DNA of 64,000 nucleotides from an uncultured Candidatus Saccharibacteria bacterium. Its GTDB lineage: Bacteria > Patescibacteriota > Minisyncoccia > UBA6257. The stretch is taken from assembly GCA_964479005.1 (NCBI GenBank), contig CAYZJA010000002.1:96001-160000 (forward strand), given 5' to 3'. Below the pieces are notes generated by a model, which did not search any database, was not told the DNA's origin, and worked only from the letters and a program-made list of their open reading frames with translations. A program made the position numbers and the translations under genes. Positions within the stretch are counted from its first letter, which is position 1. Each line of letters begins with the position of its first letter. Below are positions 9,444 to 19,744 of this stretch, piece by piece.

Positions 9444-10229
9444 TCAATTCAATTTTTTAAACACTCGAATACTAAGGAACGTTATAGCAATATTAAAAGC
9501 AAGAAGAAAAAGGATACATACAGGCAAAGAATGCGTAGTCATAAGTAAAATTTCTTCATTATTTAAGGACTTGGAAAGAACAACCCAGCGCAGAGCATCT
9601 ACACTATAAGCCAAGGGATTATAATTAGCCATTGTTGCCATCCAAGAGGGAACATTTTTTAGAGGGAAAAAAGCCCCAGACAAAAAAGCCATTGGTGCGA
9701 TAATTATTTGGGAGAGAATAGAAAAACTTTCCATTTTTTTTAAACGGGAAGCGAAAAAAATTCCCAAAGCGGCCATTCCATAGCCAATTAGAAAAATAAC
9801 AAGAACAATTTTTATAAATGAAGGTATGCCAATATTAATACCCAAATAGGGCATTATGAGTAGAATAAGAACACCTTGCAAAAGTGCGGTTGTAGTTGCC
9901 CCTAAGATTTTTCCTAAAGCAATATATGATCTACTAATGGGAGAAACCAGGATTTCTTTTAAAAATCCGAATTCTCTATCCCAAACAATAGACATAGTGG
10001 ACGAAATGGCCATAATGCTAACGCTTAAACCTAATATTCCAGGAAAAAAGAATTGCACAAAATCATAATGTAAAACGGGTGTAGGAAATATTGCTTTTAA
10101 TCCGGTACCAAAGAATATTAAAATTAGAAGGGGTAAAAATATAGAAGTAAAGAATTTCAAAGAATTGCGTAAATAAATGAGCACTTCTCTATACCAGATC
10201 ACATAAAGAGTTTGTAATTTTTTATTCAT
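9444..10229 (-). CDS. ABC-2 type transporter permease
   Basis: Six-TM hydrophobic protein overlapping the upstream ATPase gene by 8 bp. Confidence 0.7.
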   Translation of the reverse strand: MNKKLQTLYVIWYREVLIYLRNSLKFFTSIFLPLLILIFFGTGLKAIFPTPVLHYDFVQFFFPGILGLSVSIMAISSTMSIVWDREFGFLKEILVSPISRSYIALGKILGATTTALLQGVLILLIMPYLGINIGIPSFIKIVLVIFLIGYGMAALGIFFASRLKKMESFSILSQIIIAPMAFLSGAFFPLKNVPSWMATMANYNPLAYSVDALRWVVLSKSLNNEEILLMTTHSLPVCILFLLAFNIAITFLSIRVFKKLN

Positions 10230-11322
10230 CGTTTTTCTGTTTTTGGTTTTTTTCTTCTACTCCTGGCGAATTAAAAAGAGTAAATAAAGAAGATATATCA
10301 AATCCTTGATTTTCCTCTTCTTCTAATTTTCCATTAATTTCTTCTCTTATTTTTCTACCCGTAATTTCCAAAAAGACATCTTCTAAAGTAGGCTGTCTTA
10401 ATTGCATTGAAGTGATATGAGGGCTAATAGCCTTTACTAATATTGGCAAGAACTTATTACCATTATCTATTTCAATTCTTAATTCTTTGCCAACCCATTT
10501 AATTGGATATTTAGGAAATTTTTTTCGGAATTCTTTCTCAGCTTGCTTATTATTTTCAGTTTTAAAAATAATGATATCACCACCGATCATCCTTTTTAAA
10601 TTCTTTGGAGTATCAATAGCTACAATTTTCCCGTGGTCTATAATAGCGATTCTGTCGCATCTTTCCGCCTCATTTAGATATTGGGTGGTTAAAAAAATGG
10701 TTGTATTTTTTTTATTCCTTACAGTAAAGATATAATCCCAGATTTTTTTTCGTGTTTGCGGGTCTAATCCAATAGTTGGTTCATCCAAAAACAGAATTTG
10801 AGGCCAATGTATCAAAGCCCGGACAAGTTCTAACCTTCTTTTCATGCCGCCGGAGAATGTTTCAACTTTCATTTTTCTTTTACTCCAAAGTTCGCATAGC
10901 TTTAAGACCTCTCTTTTCCTTTGGATGAAGTCTTTTTTAGAAATTCCGTAAAGCATGGCATGGAGATAAAGATTTTCTTCGGCAGTTAAATGATTATCCA
11001 GGGTAGTATCCTGAAAAACCAAGCCTATAGATTTTCTTACAGAATCAGGTTCGTTTACTGCATGATAACCATTCACATATGCTAATCCAGAATCAGGCAA
11101 AGCAAGTGTGCAGAGAATGTTAATCGTTGTGGTTTTACCCGCTCCATTAGGGCCCAAGAAACCAAAAACTTCACCTCTTTTTACAGAAAAAGAAATCCCG
11201 TCAAGGGCTGTTATATGTTTATATCTTTTTTTGAGATTTTTTACTTGGATAACCTCAAGGATATTGTTTTGCTTTTCTTCAATTTGTTCGGATTTTTCTG
11301 ATAAATCCTTCATAAAGTTCAA
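10222..11322 (-). CDS. ABC transporter ATP-binding protein
   Basis: Walker A GPNGAGKTT, signature LSGGMKRRL, Walker B LFLDEPTIGLD. Confidence 0.85.
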   Translation of the reverse strand: MNFMKDLSEKSEQIEEKQNNILEVIQVKNLKKRYKHITALDGISFSVKRGEVFGFLGPNGAGKTTTINILCTLALPDSGLAYVNGYHAVNEPDSVRKSIGLVFQDTTLDNHLTAEENLYLHAMLYGISKKDFIQRKREVLKLCELWSKRKMKVETFSGGMKRRLELVRALIHWPQILFLDEPTIGLDPQTRKKIWDYIFTVRNKKNTTIFLTTQYLNEAERCDRIAIIDHGKIVAIDTPKNLKRMIGGDIIIFKTENNKQAEKEFRKKFPKYPIKWVGKELRIEIDNGNKFLPILVKAISPHITSMQLRQPTLEDVFLEITGRKIREEINGKLEEEENQGFDISSLFTLFNSPGVEEKNQKQKNDE

Positions 11323-11343
11323 TTAAAAATATTTTTGATATTT

Positions 11344-12354
11344 TCAGATTAACCCCATTTTTTCTTTTACCTCTTTGAGTGTTTGTTTGGCAATTTGAGA
11401 CGCATATTTTTTTCCTTGTTTTAAAATTTCATCTACTATTTCAGGTTGCTCTTCATAATATTTTCTTTTTTTCTGGATTGGTTTTAATTCTTTATATATC
11501 GCTTCAGCAAGTTGATCTTTTAATCCTTTATATTTAATTCCTGAGCTAAGATAAAGTTTTTTATAAACTTTCTTTTTTTCCTTGCTTTCAAACAGTTCTA
11601 TTAACATCAATAAAACGGCCACGCCTCCTTTTTCTGGTATTTTTTTGCCTTTTCCTGAATCTGTTGGAACTTTTGCCAGCTTTTTCTTGATAGTAAGCAG
11701 ATCGTCAATTAGATTAATATAGCTGTCTGACTTTGATTTTGACATTTTTCCTTCACCAGTTAAAGAAGGGATATAAGGAAATGGCATAAGATATGTTTGA
11801 GGTTCAGGAAATGTTTGGCCAAAATGACGGTTGAAAGCTCGCGCAATTTCACGTGTTACCTCTAAATGAGGCGCTTGATCTTTGCCAACTGGAACAAATC
11901 GAGCTTTATACAAAAGAATATCTGCCGCCATAAGAATTGGATAATAAAAAAGCCCCATATTAATATATTTTGGCTGTTCTTTTTTTTTATCTTTGTATGT
12001 TGGTAATTGCTCTAAGCGGGATACAGGATAAATCGTTCCTAATAAATAGGCTAATTCTACATGTTCTGGAATTTGGGATTGGATTATTAAGTGGCATTTT
12101 TTAGGATCTAAACCGCATGCTAAATATTCTAAAACTACTTCCCGAATATTACCTTGAAGAGTTTTTGCGTTATATGGGGAAGTAATACCATGAAGGTCTA
12201 CAACTGCGTAGATACAATCATAATTCTTTTTGTTTTGGAGCTCAATATACCCCTTTAAACCGCCTAAATAATTACCCAAATGAAGAAAACCAGTAGGTCT
12301 GCTGCCGGAAAAGATTCGAGTTTTTAAATTGTCTTTTTTCACTTTTTTATTCAT
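11344..12354 (-). CDS. trpS: Tryptophanyl-tRNA synthetase
   Basis: Class I HIGH-like TGFLHLGNY and KMSKS motifs. 336 aa, which is TrpRS-sized. Confidence 0.85.
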   Translation of the reverse strand: MNKKVKKDNLKTRIFSGSRPTGFLHLGNYLGGLKGYIELQNKKNYDCIYAVVDLHGITSPYNAKTLQGNIREVVLEYLACGLDPKKCHLIIQSQIPEHVELAYLLGTIYPVSRLEQLPTYKDKKKEQPKYINMGLFYYPILMAADILLYKARFVPVGKDQAPHLEVTREIARAFNRHFGQTFPEPQTYLMPFPYIPSLTGEGKMSKSKSDSYINLIDDLLTIKKKLAKVPTDSGKGKKIPEKGGVAVLLMLIELFESKEKKKVYKKLYLSSGIKYKGLKDQLAEAIYKELKPIQKKRKYYEEQPEIVDEILKQGKKYASQIAKQTLKEVKEKMGLI

Positions 12355-12359
12355 AGATT

Positions 12360-12433
12360 TGGAGCGGGTAACGGGGATCGAACCCGTGCCTGAATCTTGG
12401 AAGGATTCTATACTACCACTATACTATACCCGC
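12360..12433 (-). tRNA. tRNA-Gly (anticodon UCC), CCA encoded
   Basis: Reverse complement folds as acceptor GCGGGTA/TACCCGC, anticodon loop CTTCCAA, T-loop GGTTCGATCC, discriminator U. Confidence 0.85.
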
Positions 12434-12511
12434 AAGTAAACAAAAGAGATCTTTAAAGACCTCTCTTTATTTTAACTCTTATTTTTCCAAAAATCAATCC
12501 TTTTTTTATCC

Positions 12512-14242
12512 CTATATCTCTTTTAATGCTTGTATTCCTAATATTTCTAATCCTTTTTCAAGGACACTAGTGATTGTCTTTAGAAGAACAAGTTGGGCGT
12601 TTTGTCTGGCTTTATTTTTTTCTTTTAACACAGGTATAGCTTCATAATATTTGTTAGTTAAATCCGCCAATGATAAAAGGTAAGTAGCTAAATTGTTTGA
12701 TGAATATTTTTCAGCGCTGGTTTGAATTATTTCCGGAAATTCAGATAATTTTTTAATGAGATAAATTTCCAATTCATTGGTTAATAATTTGCAATCATAT
12801 TTTCCGATTTTTTTGGCTTTAGTAAGAATTTTATTTATACGGGCATAGGCATATTGAAGATAAACACTGGTATCTCCTGAAAAATCAAGCATTTTTTTCC
12901 AATCAAAAACAATATCAGAAGCGCGAAATGATTTTAAATCATTAAATTTTAAAGCCCCAACTGCAATTGTTTGGGCTAATTCTTTTTGTTTTGGCAGTGA
13001 CCATTGGGATTTTTTCTCTTTAATTATTTCCAATGATTTTTCAATTATCTGATTAATAACCTGTTCAAGAGGGATAATTTCTCCTTCTCTAGTAGAGAAC
13101 TTTTTCTTTTTTTCTGACAATATCAAGCCAAATTTAATATGAACCAATTCGGTTTTTTCTTTTGGAAAAATAATTTTTGATAGAGTAAAAAGTTGTTTAA
13201 AATGAACGTCTTGTTCATTGCCAACAACATAAAGAATTTTTGCAGGATGGTATTTTTTGAAACGGTATTTTAGCAAAGCCAGATCGCGAGTAAGATATAA
13301 GCTTGCTTTGTCTGATTTTTGAATTAAGGCAGAAGGAAGATTAAATTTTTCTAAAGGAACAATAAGCGCTCCTTTGCTTTTTTGCGCCAAATTCTTTTTT
13401 TTCAAAAGATTCACTAATGGAATCAAATCTTTTTCAAGAAAGCTCTCGCCTAAAAGAAGGTCAAACTTAATATCCAAAAGTTTATATATTTTTTGAAAAT
13501 CTTTAATTGATTCTTTTTTAAACCACAGCCATAATTCTTTGTTTTCTTTATCACCTTTTTCTAATTTTTTGAATTCTTCCTGTCCTAATTTTTCTAAATC
13601 CGGATTATTTTTTATCTCCCCATGGAATTTTATATATAAAGCAAGAAGAGTAGGAATAGGATTTTTTTCTATTTCTTTTTTCCGCCCCCAAAGCTTATAA
13701 GCGGCAATTAATTTTCCAAATTGAGTACCCCAATCGCCAAGATAATTCCAGCGAATCACTTTATAGCCCAATGTCTCATATAAATTAGCCAATGTTTCAC
13801 CAATGATTGTGGAACGTAAATGCCCAATATGCATTGGTTTGGCAATATTAGGTGAGGAATAATCAATTATTATCGTTTTGTTTTTACCTATTTTTGAAAG
13901 TCCAAATTTTGTTTTTTGTTTATATATGGTTTCTAATTCTTTTTGGATAAATTCTTTATTAACGAAAAAATTAATAAAACCATTTTTAGCTAATTCTACT
14001 TTTGTTATTTCTTTTGGCAATTTTTGCTGCATCTCGTCTATTAAAATTTGGGCTATTTCAAAAGGAGATTTTTTAACATCTTTGCTAATGGAAAAGGCTA
14101 TAGTTGTACTGTAGTCTCCATATTGCTCGTTTTTTGGTATTTCTAACGAAACATCAGGAATAGAAGAAAGAGGCCATTTATTTTTTATGGCTGTTTTTTC
14201 GCATGATTTTTGAACGAAGTTTTTGATTGTTTGTTTTAGCAT
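12512..14242 (-). CDS. argS: Arginyl-tRNA synthetase
   Basis: HIGH motif PMHIGHLRSTIIGE and a C-terminal anticodon-binding (DALR-type) region. 576 aa. Confidence 0.9.
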   Translation of the reverse strand: MLKQTIKNFVQKSCEKTAIKNKWPLSSIPDVSLEIPKNEQYGDYSTTIAFSISKDVKKSPFEIAQILIDEMQQKLPKEITKVELAKNGFINFFVNKEFIQKELETIYKQKTKFGLSKIGKNKTIIIDYSSPNIAKPMHIGHLRSTIIGETLANLYETLGYKVIRWNYLGDWGTQFGKLIAAYKLWGRKKEIEKNPIPTLLALYIKFHGEIKNNPDLEKLGQEEFKKLEKGDKENKELWLWFKKESIKDFQKIYKLLDIKFDLLLGESFLEKDLIPLVNLLKKKNLAQKSKGALIVPLEKFNLPSALIQKSDKASLYLTRDLALLKYRFKKYHPAKILYVVGNEQDVHFKQLFTLSKIIFPKEKTELVHIKFGLILSEKKKKFSTREGEIIPLEQVINQIIEKSLEIIKEKKSQWSLPKQKELAQTIAVGALKFNDLKSFRASDIVFDWKKMLDFSGDTSVYLQYAYARINKILTKAKKIGKYDCKLLTNELEIYLIKKLSEFPEIIQTSAEKYSSNNLATYLLSLADLTNKYYEAIPVLKEKNKARQNAQLVLLKTITSVLEKGLEILGIQALKEI

Positions 14243-14300
14243 ATTTATATTGAAACTTACTAGTTTTAATTCAACGTTCTTGAACGAAGCGAGAGGTTGT
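14243..14300. repeat. Dispersed intergenic repeat, family A copy (reverse orientation)
   Basis: AAACTTACTAGTTTTAATTCAACGTTCTTGA... is the near-exact reverse complement of the 2368-2430 element. Confidence 0.55.
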
Positions 14301-15058
14301 TATATTAAGATTACCATGCTTAATATTATTAAATAAAGAGAAAACCAAAAGTATTTTCCTCTTTTCAATATCTTTTCTAAAATTTTTAAACTGATAATTC
14401 CTACAAAGAATGAAATTAACATCCCTAGTCCGCCTAATAAATAATTATTTTCTCCTTGTTGCATCAATGCAGGCAGTTGTAAAATAACGGCTCCAAAAAT
14501 AACAGGGAGAGCCAAAAGAAAAGAAAATTTGTAGGCAATTTCCGGCTTTAATTTTCTTAATAACCCTGCAGAAATAGTAAATCCAGAACGAGAAATGCCA
14601 GGGAAAAGGGCAACTGCTTGGGCAATTCCTATTATTAAAGCATCAAGCCATGATATTGTATCTTTTTGTGCTTTTGAATATTTGGTTGAGAAAAGAAATA
14701 AGGCAGTAATTAAAAAAGATAAACCGATAAATTTCAAAGACATAAAGCTTTGCTCTATCTTTGTTTGGAAGAAAAAACCAAAAATTGCAGCTGGAATTGT
14801 TCCAATAATAATAAGTTTAATTAATTGCCAATTTTTATTATGTAATATTTCTTTAATTTCTTGCCAAAATACTGCCAATATTGCTCCTAATGTTCCAAAA
14901 TGGAGAAGGGCGCTAAAAGCTATTGAAGCTTTTGGCAAATTCCAGAGAATTTGCAGTACCGCTAAATGACCAGAACTGGAAATTGGCAAAAACTCAGTTA
15001 TGCCTTGAGTAATAGCTAAAATAATTGTTTGAAATATATTCATATTGTTTGTCGGCAC
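14300..15058 (-). CDS. uppP: Undecaprenyl-diphosphate phosphatase
   Basis: ITQGITEFLPISSSGHL signature of BacA/UppP. Confidence 0.9.
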   Translation of the reverse strand: MPTNNMNIFQTIILAITQGITEFLPISSSGHLAVLQILWNLPKASIAFSALLHFGTLGAILAVFWQEIKEILHNKNWQLIKLIIIGTIPAAIFGFFFQTKIEQSFMSLKFIGLSFLITALFLFSTKYSKAQKDTISWLDALIIGIAQAVALFPGISRSGFTISAGLLRKLKPEIAYKFSFLLALPVIFGAVILQLPALMQQGENNYLLGGLGMLISFFVGIISLKILEKILKRGKYFWFSLYLIILSMVILI

Positions 15059-15086
15059 GTCTGACGTGCTAAGACCACGTTAAACG

Positions 15087-15160
15087 TGGTCGGGCCGCCG
15101 AGATTTGAACTCGGGCTAAATCCTCCCGAAGGATTCGTGCTACCGCTACACTACGGCCCG
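15087..15160 (-). tRNA. tRNA-Pro (anticodon CGG), CCA encoded
   Basis: C1:G72 acceptor pair (CGGGCCG/CGGCCCG), anticodon loop TTCGGGA, T-loop GTTCAAATC. The CCA end is embedded in the CCACGTTAAACGTGG palindrome. Confidence 0.8.
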
Positions 15161-16696
15161 TTATTCTACATAATATTTCTTTTTAATTTCTTTTTCATTT
15201 TCTTCTAAAAGATTTTTGTATTTTTCTTGGGCTATTTTTTGTTTTTTCTTTAATTCATTTTCAGAAAGCTGGTTTAATTCTTTCGCCTCTTTTTTTAAAT
15301 ATTTTTTATTATTCTTTTTAGAATCATCCAATACTTGTTCCAATAAAATACTTAAAATTGCTCCGATTTTAGGACTTGATTCAATGCGCAATGTTTTAAT
15401 TATATCATTACCATTTATTTTTAATATTTTAAGAGATGGTTGTTGTCCTCCCAATTCCTGTAATACTTTTTCTACGCGAAATAGAAAGTGACGAAGACGA
15501 AAAGGAAGAGCTTTGGGACATCCAGATCCTATTCTATCAGCTTCTCTTACTTGAGCTAATTCTTGAATATTTTCTTTTCCGATTTTAACTAATAATCTGC
15601 GTATAGCAGCGTCTGTAGTAATTTCCGGGTCATAAACAAAGCCGTGATAACGCACTAATTTAATAATCTTTTCTGCTTTATCTTTGGGAAATTTTAGACG
15701 GCTAAGAATACGGGCTGTAATTTTTGCTCCCTGCCATTCATGGTTATAAAAAGTAGCGTCTATACCTTCACCTTCTTTAGTATATGGTTTTCCAATGTCG
15801 TGAAATAAACTGGCAAATCTTACTTCTAGACTATACCCTTTTTCGCAGGCATATTTTAGAGAGCGCCAAGCATGTTCCCAAACAGTATAAATATGGTGTT
15901 TGTTTTGAGTTACCCCAATGCTTTTTTCTAGTTCGGGCATAATTTGTTTTAGCAAATTATTTTCTTGTAAAAGAAAAATTCCTTTAACAGCTTGCGGGGA
16001 ATTGATAATTTTAATTAATTCATCCCGAATTCTTTCTTTAGAAATAAAGCTGAGAAGAGAAGTATTATCTTTTATGGCACCCAATGTTTGTGGCTCTATT
16101 TGGAAATTTAATTCGCAGGCAAAACGAATAGCTCGCATTAAGCGCAAGCCATCTTCAGAAAACCGTTCTTTTGGGTTTCCTACTGCTCTGATAAGTTTTT
16201 TTTGCAGGTCTTTTTGTCCATTAAAAGGATCAATAATTTTATAACTTGCAGCTTGCAGCTTATAACTTTTTTCTTTAGTTTTAAGTTTTAAGTCTTGCGT
16301 TTCAAGACGAAGAGCCATTGCATTGACAGTGAAATCACGACGATTTAAATCCTCTTCAATTGTTTCAGCAAATTCTATTTTGTCAGGATGGCGCTTATCA
16401 CTGTATTTCTCTTCTTTTCTAAAAGTAGTGGCTTCAATAATTTTTAAATCTGGGTTTTTTGAATCAGTTTTTATTAAAACAGTACCAAATTCATTTTCAC
16501 AAACACTCTCAGGAAAGAGTTTTTGAATTTGTTCAGGCGAGGCATTGGTAGTAATATCCCAATCCTTTGGATCCCTTTTTGATTCTTTGGTTTTACTTAG
16601 GATAAGGTCTCGGACACATCCCCCGACAATATAGGCCTCAAAATCAGCTTGACTCAGTTTTTTTATTATTTCTAATACTTCTAACGGCATTTGCAT
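15161..16696 (-). CDS. cca: CCA-adding tRNA nucleotidyltransferase with HD domain
   Basis: N-terminal GGCVRDLIL...DWD polymerase-beta-like head and an HD motif (LFHDIGK). 511 aa. Confidence 0.8.
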   Translation of the reverse strand: MQMPLEVLEIIKKLSQADFEAYIVGGCVRDLILSKTKESKRDPKDWDITTNASPEQIQKLFPESVCENEFGTVLIKTDSKNPDLKIIEATTFRKEEKYSDKRHPDKIEFAETIEEDLNRRDFTVNAMALRLETQDLKLKTKEKSYKLQAASYKIIDPFNGQKDLQKKLIRAVGNPKERFSEDGLRLMRAIRFACELNFQIEPQTLGAIKDNTSLLSFISKERIRDELIKIINSPQAVKGIFLLQENNLLKQIMPELEKSIGVTQNKHHIYTVWEHAWRSLKYACEKGYSLEVRFASLFHDIGKPYTKEGEGIDATFYNHEWQGAKITARILSRLKFPKDKAEKIIKLVRYHGFVYDPEITTDAAIRRLLVKIGKENIQELAQVREADRIGSGCPKALPFRLRHFLFRVEKVLQELGGQQPSLKILKINGNDIIKTLRIESSPKIGAILSILLEQVLDDSKKNNKKYLKKEAKELNQLSENELKKKQKIAQEKYKNLLEENEKEIKKKYYVE

Positions 16697-16830
16697 ATTT
16701 ATGACTTTTTTACTATAATTAAAATACTTTTATTTTAATTTTTAATATATTTTAACGTATATTAAATAATAAACAATTAGTATAGTACGTTCTTCTAATC
16801 ATAAAGCAAAACAACTTTTTTTTCAATCAT

Positions 16831-16904
16831 GCCCTCGTGGTGTAACTGGATAACATTTCTGTCTTCGGAACAGAAGATTGCAGGTTCGAATCCTGCCGAG
16901 GGCA
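16831..16904 (+). tRNA. tRNA-Arg (anticodon UCG)
   Basis: Acceptor GCCCTCG/CGAGGGC, anticodon stem TCTGT/ACAGA with loop CTTCGGA, T-loop GGTTCGAATCC, discriminator A. No CCA encoded. Confidence 0.75.
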
Positions 16905-16921
16905 CGACATAAATTGTTTAA

Positions 16922-16992
16922 GCCCCCATAACTCAACGGCAGAGTAGTGGCCTCTTAAGCCATTAATCCAGGTTCGAATCCTGGTGGGGGCA
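16922..16992 (+). tRNA. tRNA-Lys (anticodon CUU)
   Basis: Acceptor GCCCCCA/TGGGGGC, anticodon loop CTCTTAA, T-loop GGTTCGAATCC. Confidence 0.75.
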
Positions 16993-17004
16993 CAAATCTT
17001 TTTT

Positions 17005-17089
17005 GGAGGGGTGGCAGAATGGTAATGCGCCAGTCTTGAAAACTGGTGCCCGTAAGGGCTTGCAGGTTCGAGTCCTGTCCCCTCCGCCA
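17005..17089 (+). tRNA. tRNA-Ser (anticodon UGA), type II, CCA encoded
   Basis: Acceptor GGAGGGG/CCCCTCC, anticodon stem CCAGT/ACTGG with loop CTTGAAA, long variable arm, discriminator G. Confidence 0.85.
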
Positions 17090-17100
17090 TATTTATTAAT

Positions 17101-18588
17101 ATGAAAGATAAAAATAAACAATTAGGTTTAGTTTCACGTCCTCCGATTATCGTTGTTTTGGGGCATGTAGATCATGGCAAAACAAGTCTTTTGGATTATA
17201 TTAGAAAAACAAAAATTGTTGAAAAAGAATCAGGAGGGATTACTCAACATATTGGCGCTTATGAAATTGAAGTAGAAGGCAAAAAAATCACTTTTATTGA
17301 TACTCCTGGACATGAAGCATTTTCTAAAATTCGTTCTCGGGGAGCAAAGGTCGCTGACATCGCTATTTTAGTAGTTGCTGCTGATGAAGGAGTAAAAGTG
17401 CAAACGAAAGAATCATTAAAGGATATAAAGGAAGCTCAGATTCCTTATATTGTGGCAATTACAAAAACTGACAAAGAGGGAGTTAATTTAGAAAAAGTAA
17501 AAAATGAATTATCTGAAGCAGGAGTATTATTGGAAGGCCGGGGCGGCGATGTTCCTTTTATTGGTGTTTCTTCAAAAACAGGACAAGGCATTGATGAATT
17601 TTTAGAACTTATTCTTTTGTTGTCAGAGATGCAGGAATTAAAAGCTAATCCAAACAATCAAGCTTCAGGCGTTGTGATAGAATCCCATTTAGACCGCTTT
17701 AGAGGAAATACAACAAGTTTAATTATTACTAATGGCACCCTTCATCTGAAGGATAATATAAAAGCAGATCAGATTGAAGGAAAAGTAAAAATTTTGGAAA
17801 ATTTTCAAGGAAAATCTATTCCTGAAGCGACTTTTTCCTCACCAGTGAAAGTACTTGGTTTTGAAAAGCCAGTATCAGTAGGAGCAAAGTTTTTAACTGG
17901 GAATGAATCTGTCCTGAGCAGTTCGGCCCTGAGCGAAGCCGAAGGGTCAAGAGTAGTTGGAAAAGAATTAGGAAATAAGGATTCAAAAATTAAAATCCCA
18001 ATTATTATAAAAAGTGACACATCTGGTTCAGGCGAAGCATTAGAACAAATCATAGCGCAATTAGGAGAAAAAAATGATTGGTCCTTTCTGCTCTTAAAAA
18101 ACGAAACTGGTGATGTTTCTGAAAGTGATTTTAAAATAGTTCCATCAGGAAAAACCCTAATTATATGCTTTAGGGTCAGAAAAAGACCAGAGACAAATAA
18201 TATTCTTTTATCTAACAAAAATTTATTGTTGGTTGAAGGGAGTGTTGTCTATGAAATTGAAGATAAGATTAAAGAATTAGTAGAAAATGAGTTTATAAAA
18301 AAACCAACAGAAGAAATTCTTGGGAAATTGGAAGTTTTAGCTATTTTTAATCCCATAAAAGGTAGTCAATTAATAGGGGGAAAGGTTATTGAAGGCAAGA
18401 TTCAAAATAAAATTCGTTTTCGTTTGTTGCGTGAAGAAGAAATAATTAGCCAAGGCAAAATTTTAAATCTGCAAAAAAATAAGGCTGATGTTTCGAATAT
18501 TAATGCAGGTGAAGAATGTGGTTTAGTGGTTAATTGTCCAGAGCAAATAGAAAAAGGAGATTTACTTGAATTTTTTAGAAAAATTTAA
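17101..18588 (+). CDS. infB: Translation initiation factor IF-2 (short form lacking the N-terminal extension)
   Basis: G-domain [23 protein letters not shown], and C-terminal beta-barrel domains. 495 aa. Confidence 0.9.
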   Translation: MKDKNKQLGLVSRPPIIVVLGHVDHGKTSLLDYIRKTKIVEKESGGITQHIGAYEIEVEGKKITFIDTPGHEAFSKIRSRGAKVADIAILVVAADEGVKVQTKESLKDIKEAQIPYIVAITKTDKEGVNLEKVKNELSEAGVLLEGRGGDVPFIGVSSKTGQGIDEFLELILLLSEMQELKANPNNQASGVVIESHLDRFRGNTTSLIITNGTLHLKDNIKADQIEGKVKILENFQGKSIPEATFSSPVKVLGFEKPVSVGAKFLTGNESVLSSSALSEAEGSRVVGKELGNKDSKIKIPIIIKSDTSGSGEALEQIIAQLGEKNDWSFLLLKNETGDVSESDFKIVPSGKTLIICFRVRKRPETNNILLSNKNLLLVEGSVVYEIEDKIKELVENEFIKKPTEEILGKLEVLAIFNPIKGSQLIGGKVIEGKIQNKIRFRLLREEEIISQGKILNLQKNKADVSNINAGEECGLVVNCPEQIEKGDLLEFFRKI

Positions 18589-18603
18589 TAAGATTATATT
18601 AAT

Positions 18604-18675
18604 GGCCTGGTAGCCAAGTGGTAAGGCGTGAGTCTGCAAAACTCTTATACGTGGGTTCGATTCCCACCCAGGCCT
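18604..18675 (+). tRNA. tRNA-Cys (anticodon GCA)
   Basis: Acceptor GGCCTGG/CCAGGCC, anticodon loop CTGCAAA, discriminator U. Confidence 0.8.
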
Positions 18676-18695
18676 CGAGTTTAAATGATTTTGTT

Positions 18696-18778
18696 GCCCA
18701 GGTGGCGGAACGGTTTACGCGGAGGACTTAAAATCCTTGACTCTTAAGAGTTTGTGGGTTCGAATCCCACCCTGGGCA
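18696..18778 (+). tRNA. tRNA-Leu (anticodon UAA), type II
   Basis: Acceptor GCCCAGG/CCTGGGC, anticodon loop CTTAAAA, long variable arm, discriminator A. Confidence 0.8.
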
Positions 18779-18785
18779 CTAAAAA

Positions 18786-18814
18786 AACATCCCGTTGGAA
18801 AACGGGATGTTTTA
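18786..18814. terminator. Rho-independent terminator (CATCCCGTT-GGAAA-ACGGGATG + T-run)
   Basis: Hairpin with flanking A-run and T-run, located after the tRNA pair and convergent with the gene at 18839-19345. Confidence 0.6.
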
Positions 18815-18838
18815 ATTATTAATTACTATAAACTATTT

Positions 18839-19345
18839 TTATCTTAATATTTCCATTACTGTTTCTTTTATACCGAACTCTTTTGCCGATTCCTTATCAG
18901 CAAACCAAATATCTACTCTTGTATTGGTAAAACGCTCATGCATTTTATCGTCAACAGTGAAAATCTTATCTCTGAATAGTTCGGGGAATCTTACTTTTGT
19001 CCCAAATGGTAAAAAATTAGAAGCAACAATTCCATCATAAACCCATGCGCCAGAAGCGGTGATAAAGGGAGAATCATCTGTTTGGTCTGGAGTAGAAGAG
19101 TATGCTGTGACAGTAATTTTTCTTGTTTCAATTGAGGGCTGAAGAGAATAAGCAGCTGTAAAAAAGGTATCATTTGAATCATGATAAAATTCTTCATTGT
19201 CAGCGCTAAGAATTTCTTGTTCAGAGCTATTAATAATAGTAGACGGTGATCCTTCTACTATTAATCCTGACCAAGGGCTAAAAAAGCTAAAACTTAGGAC
19301 CAAGACAAGAATTCCGGATTTTGCAGCTTTATTAAGAATATCCAT
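18839..19345 (-). CDS. 3D-domain (MltA/YuiC-like) cell-wall-binding protein, secreted
   Basis: Signal/TM at the N-terminus. C-terminal VTAYSS...ITASGA...LPFGTKVRF...VDDKM...RVDIWF fits the 3D-domain pattern. Confidence 0.5.
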   Translation of the reverse strand: MDILNKAAKSGILVLVLSFSFFSPWSGLIVEGSPSTIINSSEQEILSADNEEFYHDSNDTFFTAAYSLQPSIETRKITVTAYSSTPDQTDDSPFITASGAWVYDGIVASNFLPFGTKVRFPELFRDKIFTVDDKMHERFTNTRVDIWFADKESAKEFGIKETVMEILR

Positions 19346-19493
19346 AATATTTTAATTTTACATTAAAAAACTCCCTTTTTGGGAGACTTTTTAGATTTTA
19401 GCATATAAATAATTTTTGTCAAGGGTCAGGTTGCATTTTTTGTTTCTTTCAGATAAACTTATTAATACCAAATATTTATAAAAATAAATTTAA

Positions 19494-19581
19494 GGAGGGT
19501 TGGCTGAGTGGTCCAAAGCAGGAGATTGCTAATCTTCGGTCGTGTAAAAGCGGCCCGTGGGTTCGAATCCCACACCCTCCG
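19494..19581 (+). tRNA. tRNA-Ser (anticodon GCU), type II
   Basis: Acceptor GGAGGGT/ACCCTCC, anticodon stem GGAGA/TCTTC with loop TTGCTAA, long variable arm, discriminator G. Confidence 0.8.
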
Positions 19582-19744
19582 CTAAGACAAATCTTTTATT
19601 AGGTAGATTCGGATGAATGGTTCGAATCCACGTCCCCCAGCAAATTAGAATCGCCAAAAAGGCCTCTGCTTACTGCCAGGCAGGATTTTATGTCTTAAAT
19701 ATTGCTTTAGTCAGAGGATTATGATAATATAAAGATATTAAAAT

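Noticed and set aside
16827-17090. 87-aa ORF on the minus strand
   Set aside because: It lies entirely across three well-formed plus-strand tRNA genes (Arg, Lys, Ser), so it is a spurious ORF through GC-rich tRNA sequence.
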